From contig CAVXYC010000015.1 in the NCBI GenBank assembly GCA_963765765.1, positions 736,001-800,000 on the forward strand: a stretch of DNA of 64,000 nucleotides. The letters run 5' to 3'. The position numbers and the translations under genes are program-made. Positions within the stretch are counted from its first letter, which is position 1. Each line of letters starts with the position of its first letter. Below, piece by piece: positions 20,971 through 32,912 of this stretch. A model generated the notes under the pieces. It did not search any database. It had not been told where the DNA came from and saw only the letters and a program-made list of their open reading frames with translations. Source of the stretch: an uncultured Chloroflexia bacterium (lineage in GTDB: Bacteria; Chloroflexota; UBA6077; JACCZL01).

Positions 20971-21403
20971 ATGCGAAACAGGGAATCCATCCAGCACCCC
21001 GGGGAACAGATCGCAAGTCCATCGCGACTGGTCGGACGGATCGCGGCCGGGGGCGGTGGTCGCGCCTCCAGCGTGTGCTGGTCGAATTGGACAGCTCATC
21101 GTCCCTCTTCGATGCATGGGCTCGATTCGGGCTCATGGTTGGCATTGTTGGAGTGGCCGCGGTGATCGGAGTTTGGTAGGCGCTGGGGTCGCAGCACTTG
21201 GAGTCTGGACCGAGCTCGATCGGCCGTACGTTCGCGGCGCGGGCGGCGTTATTGGCTTTGGGCTTGGCTGGCTGATGTACGCGCGCGTCGTTCGAATGTG
21301 GGCGGATGATCATTTAGGGTGGGATACTTACAGCCATCGGGTTCGCGTTGCTCGATTTGGCGGAACGACATTGGAAGTAGGACGCGCCCCGCATGAAGAC
21401 TGA
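20971..21403 (+). CDS. Small membrane protein (about 140 aa, stitched across frameshifts)
   Basis: Two Gly/Val-rich hydrophobic segments spread over ORFs 20964..21179 and 21056..21403. The stop overlaps the next start. Confidence 0.45.
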
Positions 21404-23453
21404 GTCACCAGGAAATGAGCAGGAGGCTCATCCAACCAGCCGTAGTGTCCAGATGGGATCTGACCTCATCGTCCATGAGGTGGTTAAGGGGTCAAAGCCC
21501 GGCGAGCGCTACGTGCGCGTCGTGCGCCCGCAAAACCGCGTGTTCCGACGCGTAGCGCCGGGGCATCTCGAGACGCGTGATGAGGCGCACAAGGCTCGGA
21601 CCGGCTTCGGCCGCGGGATGCAGCGCGTCCGACGCGTCCTATTCGGACGTCCAATCGCCAGCGCGCGGCAAGAGCATGAGCGTCTCACTAAGGTCAAGGC
21701 GCTAGCGGTACTTTCGTCCGACGCACTCTCCTCGTCGGCTTACGCCACCGAGGAGATCATCCGCGTGCTGGTCGTCGCCGGGATCGCGGCGATCTCGCTG
21801 ACGATGCCCATCGCTATTGCCATTACGCTACTGCTGGTGATCGTTTCCACATCGTACATGCAGACGATCAAGGCCTACCCGCAGGGCGGCGGCTCGTACA
21901 TCGTCACCAAAGATAATCTCGGAACATTGCCGTCGCTGGTGGCGGGATCCGCATTGATGATCGACTACGTACTCACCGTGGCTGTGTCGATCTCCGCCGG
22001 CGTTGCTGCCGTGACCTCAGCCATCTCGGGTCTGAAGCCGTTTGCCGTTGAGATCGGCGTGTTCTTCATCGTCCTGATCACAATCGGTAATCTCCGAGGC
22101 ATCCGTGAGAGCGGCTCAATCTTTGCCGCACCCACGTACTTATTCGTCCTTCTCGCGTTGGCTATGATTGGCATTGGCGCGTTCCGTGTAATCGGGGGCG
22201 ATATTCCGCCGCCATCGGTAGTAGAGCCAATTCCCGCGGAGCCGTTCGAAGTCTTGTCGATTTTCATTGTTCTCAAGGCGTTCGCGTCAGGAAACGCTGC
22301 ACTCACAGGCCTCGAGGCGATCTCCGATGGCGTGCCCAGCATTTGAGAAGCCAGAGTGGAAGAACGCGCGCACCACACTGGTCTGGATGGCCGCCATCCT
22401 GGCGGTACTTTTTCTGGGCATCAGCTTCCTGGCAGTGCAGTTCACCATCGTGCCGAGCGAGGCAGAGACGGTCATCTCGCAGCTTGGTCGTATCGCATTC
22501 GGCACCGAAACCCCAATCTACTTCCTGTTCCAGGCAGCCACGATGATGATCCTCGTGCTGGCGGCGAACACGGCCTTCTCCGATTTTCCGAGGCTGTGCT
22601 ATTTCCTGGCTCGCGATCGATTCATGCCCAGCCTCTTCCAATATCGTGGTGAGCGCCTAGCGTTCACCACGGGGATCGTGGCCCTCGCATTTGTGGCTGG
22701 TCTGCTAGTGATCGCGTTCCAGGCCGACACGCACGCGCTTATTCCGCTCTATGCTGTTGGCGTGTTCCTCTCTTTCACGCTGTCCCAGATGGGCATGGTG
22801 ATGCGCTGGTGGCGCAAGCGCGAACCGGGCTGGAAAATCTAGCATGCCGATTAATGCGTTCGGGGCATTGTGCCACCGGCGTCGTTACCATCGTGGTGGC
22901 TACAGAGAAATTCATGGCTGGCGCCTGGATGGTGATTCTGCTGATCCCGATCCTGGTGTATTTACTACGCGCAATCAACGCGCATTATGTGGCCGTGGCC
23001 GACGAGATGGCCATTGAAGATCTGTCGCGCTCTGCGCCAGAAGAGCTTGGTCCGCCCCTGGTGCTAGTGCCAGTCCCAAACATCAATCGCGCCAGTGTTC
23101 GGACGCTCTCGTTCGCGCGCTCGATCTCTGATGACGTCACGGCGCTTTACGTGACTGACGATATGTCATCGGTTGAAATGCTCAGGAAGCGCTGGACGCA
23201 GTGGGAAGGTGATATGCCGCTGGTGGTGCTGGAATCACCGTACCGCTCTCTCACGGCGCCGATTCTGGCGTACGTAGATGCTCAGCGGGCACAGCATCCC
23301 AACCGCACGATCATGGTGGTGCTGGGCGAATTCGTACCGCGGCGCTGGTGGGAATGGCTGCTTCACGGACAAGCAGCCCTACGTTTGAAAGCCGCGTTGT
23401 TCTTCCGTCCGAACGTCGTGGTCGCGGATGTGGCGTACCACCTGACGAAGTAA
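21393..23453 (+). CDS. kimA: KimA/YdaO-like APC-fold K+ transporter (frameshifts near 22340 and 22840)
   Basis: LSSDALSSSAYATEE, YPQGGGSY, DYVLTVAVS, NLRGIRESG, GLEAISDGVP, LIPLYAVGVF, and C-terminal SPYRSL and EFVPRRWWEWLLHGQ. Confidence 0.85.
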
Positions 23454-23529
23454 GAGCGGGCAGCCTTCGACGCGTCGTAGCCGGTCCGTCGATTGCGAAG
23501 GGCCGATGTGTGTACGCCCTTGAATCGAT

Positions 23530-24876
23530 GGATGACCAGCGGAGCGTTGGCCCGCCACATCGCGGCGTGGGCGCATCTCAACGTCGGGAATCCAGGTCAT
23601 CGACGCCGAGCCTCGATGGTTTGAGCCGGGAGAACGTTAAACAGCGCGTTCTCGACCCTCTTCCAGACGAACTTCCGCACGGGCTACTCCAACTGGCTGC
23701 AGGCGCCCTTATGCCTACATAGCCCCTGCGAAGCATGGCTACCCGCATCAATGGCTGTGGGACACGGCATTCCAGTCCATTGTCTTGAGTCACATCGATC
23801 CGCCCTGGGCGGAGAGAGAGATCGAGAACTTTCTCCAGGTCCAGGGGCCAAACGGATTCTTGCCGCATGTCATCTTCTGGGACGAGCGTCACGTTCCGTT
23901 CTGGGGCCGACTGCTCAGTGATGACAGCCTCCACCCACACTACACATCTATTACGCAGCCCCCTGTCCTGGCTCTTGCAGTGGAGGCCATCTACGCAAAA
24001 TCAAATAATAGGCAGTTCCTGGCACGGGTAGTGCCTAAGGTGAACGCCTACCACCATTGGCTCGCGCGCACTCGCGACCCGTATCAGTCGGGACTGCTGT
24101 CCATTATCTCCGCCGATGAATCAGGGATGGATGAGCTGCCGATCTTTCAATACGCGGGAGGGCTCAAGCACAACAACTTCTGGGTATTCCATTACTTCAA
24201 TCGAAAAGCCGACGTGCAGAACAAACTGTACGGCTACGACCTTCAGCGCATCTTTACGGCGGACTACTTCACCATCAAAGAGATCATTTTCAATTGCATC
24301 TACATCGAAGCCAACAGGGCACTGGCCCGACTCCACCATATTCTTGACGATTCGGCGTCGGCTGTCGTCGCCAATCAGAGAGCCAGCGTATGCACTGATG
24401 CGCTCATGAATCTTTGTTGGCACGATAAGGATCAAATTTTTTATCCCGTGTACTCCAGGAGAAACAAGACTATTCCGGTGAAGAGTGTCACCAGTCTCGT
24501 CCCGCTATTCCTGACCGATCTCGACGCTGCTTATGCAGAGCGACTCATCAAGATGCACCTGCTCAATCCCAATGAGTTCAATCTTCCGTATCCGATCCCA
24601 TCAGTGGCGAAATGCGAGGTGTTCTTCCATCCTGAAACGCTGCCCTTCTACTGGATCAAGGCTCTCTGGCGAGGGCCCACGTGGTTCAGTACCAACTGGC
24701 TGGTGGTCAAAGGGCTCTTGAAGCACGGTTACGACGATATCGCGAGCGGAATTATTGCTCGCATGGGCGAGATGGTTGAGCGCGGCGGATTCCGCGAATA
24801 TTTCAACCCGCTAACGGGCAAAGGCTACGGGAAGCACAATTTTGGTTGGTCTACCTTGCTCCTGGACCTCATTTGA
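23530..24876 (+). CDS. GH63/MGH1-like (alpha/alpha)6 glycoside hydrolase (frameshift near 23708)
   Basis: YPHQWLWD upstream of the called ORF, TQPPV, ESGMD, WRGPTW and FREYFNP...FGWS. Confidence 0.8.
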
Positions 24877-24930
24877 CGGTGTCCGCAATGGAAATTGGTC
24901 ATTTCATGCTGGCCGCGAGATGAGATAGCC

Positions 24931-26320
24931 ATGCCAATGATCTCGCAGTATGACTCCGCCGCATTCATGCATCGGGCAACCGCTCATTTTCTCCGGGGCA
25001 AGGACTTCGACATCAGGAAGAACGTACCTCGCGGCGTTCCCAAACCGGTCTTCATGGGCCTGATTCGCTCGTTGAACGAGCTTGCCGGAACGGCTGAAAA
25101 TTGAACTCTCCGTTGCCACAAGTCAGACTCAGGCTGTGAGTGCCCGGGACGTCGTGGAGGTGAACGAAGAGCGCATCGCGCACGACCTGGTGGCGCAGTA
25201 CCCCAGACGGAAGTACCCGGCGATCGCCATCGGATCGTCCAATGGAGCGCTTGTTCACCTCTTTGCGGCGCTCGGCATTCCGTGGCTTCCGCAGACCAAC
25301 CTCATGCTTGTAAACCGCGATGAGCCTATTGAGCCCGACGATATGGCGCAGGATGCTGAGTGGGGAAAATCGTTCGCTCGGCCCATGCTCGACCGCAATC
25401 CCAACCTGAAGCTGCATCAGATGAACGATCCGGCCCAGGACCGGTACATGGCCATCAAGATGACCTACTTCAGGCTCAAGTTCCTGAATCTTCCGCAAGC
25501 ATATCGACGTTTCATTGAAGAGTGCCTGGAGCCGGGCGGAGTGATCCTGGTGATCAACTGCCAGAATCGATGGCCGGCGACGAAGATTACCGATCGTCAC
25601 TATTTCCAGGTGGGTGGGTACGGCGGGATTACGCTGGACGAGTACCTCCATGGTGGCCCGCGCGTCAAAGAGTTCCTGCAGCGGAACGGGTCCAAGCGGG
25701 ACCATTTCCTGCTTCCCGAGATTACTGGTGACTATCTCGAAGCGGAATGGGGCTTTGAAGAGTCGATGCTCGAAAGCATTGACTCGCTTGCCAGGGAGCG
25801 TGACTACGAGGTGAAGCAGCTTTATTTCGGGGACCCTCAGGACCCCGTGCGTCCCATCGCCGATTTCTATTGCGATTGGTACGACTCGATCGGTCGACCG
25901 ACCGACAAGCTGCTCATCGAATCTTTCATGCTGCTCGAACCGTACTGGTGCCTGCGCACCGGCAGCATCCCGTATTGGGCGGTCTTCACCGGCCAGCCGT
26001 CGTTCGACGACATTACCGGCTATGTGAGTCAGCACGATTTCAACTACATCTATCTGACGCTGTTCTCCAATATCGTGCGCTCGATCGGAGTGCCGGAAGG
26101 CCGGGAATGGGAGCGGATCATCGAAAAGGCTCGCGCGGGACATGCACTCCTTGGCGTGGACCCCGAGAAGTTTCCCTTCGATTTAACCAGTGCGTTCCAA
26201 TTCTTCGACGATGTGAAGACGAAGATACCCTTCCGATATGAGCTGCCCGAGCCCGTGCCGCTGCAGACATTCGAACACTTCCTGTCAGCGCATCCAGATT
26301 ACTCACTCCAGATGCGCTGA
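24931..26320 (+). CDS. Uncharacterised protein (about 460 aa; frameshift near 25080)
   Basis: Continuous coding-like sequence MPMISQYDSAAFMHRA...; AIGSSNG, PWLPQT, HQMNDPAQDR and EAEWGF. Confidence 0.7.
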
Positions 26321-26359
26321 GGTGCTGCTCCAATCGCGGCGCCGTCCCGAGAATCCAAC

Positions 26360-26444
26360 GTAGCACGGGTCCTTGTGTCCTGCGCCTAGAACTCCCAATC
26401 GCTGACTGGGATTCTCAGGCACAGGGTACAAGGACCCGTGCCAC
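26360..26444. repeat. REPIN-like inverted doublet (GTAG/GTGG-type REP)
   Basis: GTAGCACGGGTCCTTGT ... ACAAGGACCCGTGCCAC, 14-bp perfect core with a paired interior. Confidence 0.65.
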
Positions 26445-26497
26445 ATTTCAGTCAGCCATTCGGCGATAATGGCGAATCATTGCTTGACGACGAGCTG

Positions 26498-27046
26498 TTC
26501 GGCCGCCTCGGTGCACCGTTCGCGGCGACCCGCTTCAATGTGACGCCGGACCTGATGACCGTCGCCAAGGGCATCACCAACGGCGCCGTGCCGATGGGTG
26601 CGGTGTTCGCGAAGTCGATGATCCACGACGTCTTCATGAACGGGCCGGAGCACGTGATCGAGTTCCCGCACGGCTACACCTACTCGGGCCACCCGCTGGC
26701 CTGCGCCGCGTCGCTCGGCACGCTCGACACCTATGCCGAGGAAGGCCTGCTGACGCGGGCCCAGCAGATGGAGCCGGTGCTGGAGCAGGCGCTGCACACG
26801 CTGCGCGAGGCGCCGCACGTCATCGACCTGCGCAACATCGGCCTGGTCGGCGCGATCGAGCTGGCGCCGCGCGCCGGCGAGCCGGGCAAGCGCGGCTTCG
26901 AGGCGATGCTCGCCGCCTGGGAGCGCGGCCTGCTGATCCGCACCACCGGCGACACGATCGCGCTGTCGCCGCCGCTGATCGTCGAGAAGTCGCACATCGA
27001 TCAGATCGTCGGCACGCTCGCCGACGTGTTGAAGACGATCGCCTGA
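26498..27046 (+). CDS. Class III (omega-amino acid:pyruvate) aminotransferase, C-terminal part only
   Basis: FGRLGAPFAA, PDLMTVAKG (PLP Lys) and HGYTYSGHP. The N-terminal half is absent because the gene is cut at the junction. Confidence 0.85.
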   Translation, partial: FGRLGAPFAATRFNVTPDLMTVAKGITNGAVPMGAVFAKSMIHDVFMNGPEHVIEFPHGYTYSGHPLACAASLGTLDTYAEEGLLTRAQQMEPVLEQALHTLREAPHVIDLRNIGLVGAIELAPRAGEPGKRGFEAMLAAWERGLLIRTTGDTIALSPPLIVEKSHIDQIVGTLADVLKTIA

Positions 27047-27188
27047 GGGAGATCTGATCCGCTGCACCCGGCCGCGCAGGCGGCCGGGTGTGGACGGTTG
27101 ACGACGCCTTCGGCCTGGCGACTCCGCCGCGGGTTGTCGGCTGCGCGAGGCCATGGACAATGGCGGGCTTTGCGCCCTCCTCGACCCG

Positions 27189-28301
27189 ATGCAGCCCGCG
27201 CCGTTTCTCCAGATCCAGGACATCGTCAAGGACTTCGACGGCCATCGCGCCGTCGACCACGTCAGCATCGACATCGCCAAGGGCGAGGTGTTCGCGCTGC
27301 TCGGCTCGTCGGGCTGCGGCAAGACGACGCTGCTGCGGATGCTGGCCGGCTTCGAGACGCCGACCTCCGGCACGATCACGCTCGACGGCCACGACCTCGC
27401 CGGCCTGCCGCCGTACGAGCGGCCGCTCAACATGATGTTCCAGAGCTATGCGCTGTTCCCGCACCTGACGGTCTGGGACAACATCGCGTTCGGCCTGCGC
27501 CGCGACGCGCATGCCGGCCGACGAGATGGCGCAGCGCGTCGACGCGATGCTGAAGCTGGTGCAGCTCGACGGCGTTCGCGAAGCGGAAGCCGCACCAGCT
27601 GTCGGGCGGCCAGCAGCAGCGCGTCGCGCTGGCGCGCAGCCTGGCCAAGAAGCCGCAGCTGCTGCTGCTCGACGAGCCGCTCGGCGCGCTCGACAAGAAG
27701 CTGCGCGAGGAGACGCAGATCGAGCTCGCCAACATCATCGAGGACGTCGGCGTGACCTGCGTGATGGTCACGCACGACCAGGAAGAGGCGATGACGATGG
27801 CCTCGCGCATCGCGGTGATGAGCGAAGGCCGCTTCCTGCAGGTCGGCGCGCCGGGCGAGATCTACGAGACGCCGGCGAATCGCTTCGTCGCCGACTTCAT
27901 CGGCAACGTCAACCTGATGGACGGCACGCTGGTCGAGGACGAGCCCGGCCACGTGGTCGTCGAGTGCGCCGACTGCCGCCACTACGTCGGCCACGGCATC
28001 ACCGGGACCACGTGGAATGCCGGTCACGGTGGCGCTGCGGCCCGAGAAGATCCGCATCGGCCGCGCCGCGCCGGACGCGCGGCGACGGCCTGCCGGCCGC
28101 GCTTCAACCGCGTCCGCGGCACGCGTCAAGCGACATGGCCTATTTCGGCAGCTTCACGGTCTACCACCTGGCGCTGCCGAGCGGCGCCGTGCTCAAGGTC
28201 AGCCAGAGCAACACCGAGCGCGAGCGCGGCGGCCGCTGACCTGGGGCGACGAGGCGTGGGCGAGCTGGTCGACCCTCGCGCCGGTGGTGCTGACGTCATG
28301 A
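27189..28301 (+). CDS. potG: Polyamine ABC transporter ATP-binding subunit (frameshifted)
   Basis: [28 protein letters not shown] and [12 protein letters not shown]. Confidence 0.85.
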
Positions 28302-29230
28302 CGAGCCGCGCGTTGCGCGGGCGCCGCGCGCGGGCGCGCCGCGGTGATCGGCGATCCCTACCTCTGGCTGCTGGTGTTCTTCCTGCTGCCGTTCCTGGTG
28401 GTGCTGAAGATCAGCGTCTCCGAGATGGAGGGCGCGACGTTCCAGCGACCTCGTCGCCTGGCAGGACGGCGCGGTCGCCTTCAACCTGAAGCTCGCCAAC
28501 TACCTGCTGCTGGTCCAGGACGACCTGTACTTCGCGACCTACCTGTCGAGCCTCAAGTACGCCGCCGTCGACGACGCTGCCTGCCTGGCGCATCGGCTAT
28601 CCGTTCGCCTACTTCATGGCGCGCGCCCGGCGCGACGCTTGCAGCCGGCGCTGCTGATGCTGGTGATGCTGCCGTTCTGGACCTCGTTCCTGCTGCGGGT
28701 CTACGCCTGGAAGGGCCTGCTGACCGAGAACGGCTGGGCCGCCGACGCGATCGAGGCGCTCGGTCTCGACCAGGTGCTCGCCGCGCTCGGCCTGATTCCC
28801 GGCCCCGGGCAGCTGATGAACACGCCGTTCTCGCTCGTGCTCGGCATGACCTACACCTACCTGCCGTTCATGATCCTGCCGCTCTATTCGAACCTCTCGA
28901 AGATGGATCTGCGCCTGCTCGAGGCGGCCGCCGACCTCGGCGCGAACGCCTGGGTCGGCGTTCTGGAACATCACCGTGCCGCTGTCGCGCGCCGGCATCA
29001 TCGCCGGCTCGATGCTGGTCTTCATCCCGTGCGTCGGCGAGTACGTGATCCCCGAGCTGCTCGGCGGGCCGCAGACGCAGATGATCGGCCGCACGCTGTG
29101 GGACGAGTTCTTCAGCAACAACGACTGGCCGATGGCCTGCGCCGTCGCCGTCGCGATGGTGCTGCTGATCATCGTGCCGCTGGCGGTCTTCAGCCGCTAC
29201 CAGGCCGAGGCGACGGAGCGCCGGTCGTGA
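28298..29230 (+). CDS. potH: Polyamine ABC permease (frameshifted)
   Basis: [26 protein letters not shown] and [11 protein letters not shown]. Confidence 0.85.
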
Positions 29231-29241
29231 GGCGCGCGGCC

Positions 29242-30090
29242 ATGACCGGGCGGCCGCGCCTCAACCGCGCTGGTTCGGCGCGCGGCTGGCTCGGCGCCGG
29301 CTACCTGTTCCTCTACATCCCGATCGTCGCGCTGGTGCTCTACTCGTTCAACGACTCGCCGGTGCCGAACGTCTGGCAGGGCTTCACCGTCAAGTGGTAC
29401 CGCGCGCTCGCCTCCGACCGCGAGCTGCTCGACGGCCTGTGGCTGTCGCTGAAGATCGCCTTCGTCACCGCGACGTCGTCGGTCGTGCTCGGCACGCTGG
29501 CGGCGTTCGCGCTGGTCCGTATCGGCGCTTCGACGGCCGCACGCTGTTCGCCGGCATGGTCGCCGCGCCGCTGGTGATGCCCGAGGTGATCATCGGCCTG
29601 TCGCTGCTGCTGATGCTGGTGCTGCGCGTGCAGCAGCGCGCTCGGCTTTCCCGAGCGCGGCATGGCGACGATCTGGCTCGGCCACCTGCTGCTCGGCATG
29701 GCCTACGCGACCGTCGTCGTGCAGGCGCGCCTGCAGACCTCAACGCGCAGCTCGAGGAGGCCGCGATGGACCTGGGTGCGCGACCGTGGGAGGTCTTCCA
29801 CCTCGTCACCCTGCCGATGATCGCGCAGGCGCTGCTGTCGGCCTGGCTGCTGACCTTCACGCTGTCGCTCGACGACGTGGTGCTGTCGGCCTTCCTGTCC
29901 GGGCCCGGTGCGACGACGATGCCGCTGGTCATCTTCTCGCGCGCCCGGCTCGGCCTCAACCCGAGCGTCAACGCGGTCGCCACGCTGATCGTGCTGGTCG
30001 TCTCGATCGGCGTGATCGTCGCGAGCTGGCTGATCGCGCGGCAGGAGCGCCAGCGCGCTGCCAGGACGTCGCGGCGGCCGCGCCACGTGA
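29242..30090 (+). CDS. potI: Polyamine ABC permease (frameshifted)
   Basis: FLYIPIVALVLYSFN, PLVMPEVIIGLSLL and FTLSLDD. Confidence 0.85.
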
Positions 30091-30125
30091 CCGCTGGCGC
30101 GCGCCGGGCTCGCGACGGGACCGGC

Positions 30126-31099
30126 ATGACGGCGCGTCCGGTCCGCTGGCGTGCCCGCTGGACGGCGTACTCTGCCTGGCCGCCAGCATGGCGATCGTCG
30201 GCGCCTACGTCGGGCTGTCGAAGGTCCTGGTCGCGGTGTTCCCGGTCTTCCTGCTGGCCTGGCTGCGCTTCGGGATCGCCGCCGTCGCGATGGTCGGCTG
30301 GATGCGCACGCCGGCCGACGAAGGCCGGCGCTGACGCCGCGCGACGCGCCGGCTGCTGTTCATCGAGTCGTTCTTCGGCAACTTCCTGTTCTCGATCTGC
30401 ATGCTGTTCGGCGTCGCGATGAGCTCGGCGCTCGCGGCCGGCGTGATCATGGCGGCGCTCCCGGCGGTCGGTCGCGATCCTGTCGCGCGTCTTCCTGCGC
30501 GAGCGGATCGGCACGCGCGTCGCGCTGCGGCATCGCCTGCGCGGTCGGCGGCATCGCGCTGGTCGCGCTGACCCGCCACGCCGGCGAGCGGGCTCGCAGC
30601 TCGGTCCTCGGCAACGCGCTGCTGTTCTGCGCGGTCTGCTGCGAGGCGACTCTATGTCGTCGTCGGCAAGCTGCTGACCGGCGCGGCTCGGGCCGAAGCG
30701 CATCAGCGCGCTGATCAACCTGTGGGGCTTCGCGCTCGTGATGCCGTTCGGCGTCTGGCAGGCGCGGCTTCGTTCGACTTTTCGTCGCGGCGCCACGTCG
30801 TGGGTCTTGCTCGACCGGCTACTCGATCGCGGCCAGCATGTTGACGGTCTGGCTCTGGATGACCGGCCTGAGCACGTCGATGCGGCGTCGGCCGGCACCT
30901 TCACCGTGCTCCTGCCGATCAGCGCCGGCGCTGGTCGGCGTCGTGTTCTTCGGCGAGCGCATCGGCACGATGCAGGCCGCTCGCCTTCGCGCTCGCGCTG
31001 GCCGGCATCGTGCTGGCGACCTGGCCGTGCGCGTCCGCGCCACCCGCGACCTCGACGGCCGGCAATCAGCGTCAGCCGGCACGGCCGCTGCCGGCGAGT
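30126..31099 (+). CDS. DMT/EamA transporter (frameshifted; end approximate)
   Basis: FPVFLLAWLRF, ESFFGNFLFSICML and VWLWMTGL. Confidence 0.7.
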
Positions 31100-31761
31100 T
31101 CAGCGCTTGCGCGCCAGCGTCAGGCCGTCGCCGACCGGCAGCATCGCGATGTCGATGCGCTCGTCGCTGTGCAGCTTGTCGTTGAGGGCCTGCAGGGCCC
31201 GCGTGTCCGCATCGGTCGCCGGCCGAGCGACGCTGCCGCCCCAGAGCACGTTGTCGATCGCGATCAGGCCGCCCGGCCGCAGCAGCTGCAGGCAGCGCTC
31301 GTAGTAGGCGTCATAGCTCGCCTTGTCGGCATCGATGAACGCGAAGTCGTAGCGCCCGGCCTCGCCGGCCGCGAGGCAGGCGTCGAGGGTGTCGAGCGCC
31401 GGCTCCGAGCCGCAGGTCGATCTTGCCGGCGACGCCGGCCGCCTCCCAGAACGGCCGTCCGACGCGCGTGTACGTCGTCGCTGACGTCGCAGGCCAGGAT
31501 GTAGCCGTCGGCCGGCAGCGCGAGCGCCACGGTCAGCGCGCTGTAGCCGGTGAACACGCCCACCTCGATGCAGCGGCGCGCACCGATCAGCCGGACCAGC
31601 AGCGCCATCAGCTGGCCCTGCTCCGGACCGATCTGCATGCCGGCGTGCGGATGCGTGCGGGTCGCTTCGCGCAGCTCGGTCTGCGCCGGGATCTCGCGAA
31701 CCGAATGGGCAACGAGATAGGACTGCAGCGTGTCGTCGAGCGTCAAGGTGCGATTGGCCAT
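31100..31761 (-). CDS. SAM-dependent O-methyltransferase (caffeoyl-CoA OMT family)
   Basis: [26 protein letters not shown] and DNVLWGG. Confidence 0.85.
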
Positions 31762-31807
31762 CGAAGTCTCTCGGGTCGGTTGAAGAAGGGCGCGACCGGT
31801 GTCGCGG

Positions 31808-32820
<1,013 letters not shown>

Positions 32821-32912
32821 GGTCCGGGCGACGGAAGCGGGCGCCGGTGTCGTGAGGTCGACATTCTCGCCCGCTGTCGCTGGTCGTCCGCACGAGCCGG
32901 TGTCGCGGCGGA

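Noticed and set aside
20905-21392. c-di-AMP (ydaO) riboswitch upstream of the kimA-like gene
   Set aside because: No recognisable conserved ydaO elements, and the interval looks protein-coding.
26438-27046. 202-aa ORF as a novel fusion protein
   Set aside because: Its first roughly 20 residues are left-genome sequence read by chance in frame with the truncated aminotransferase.
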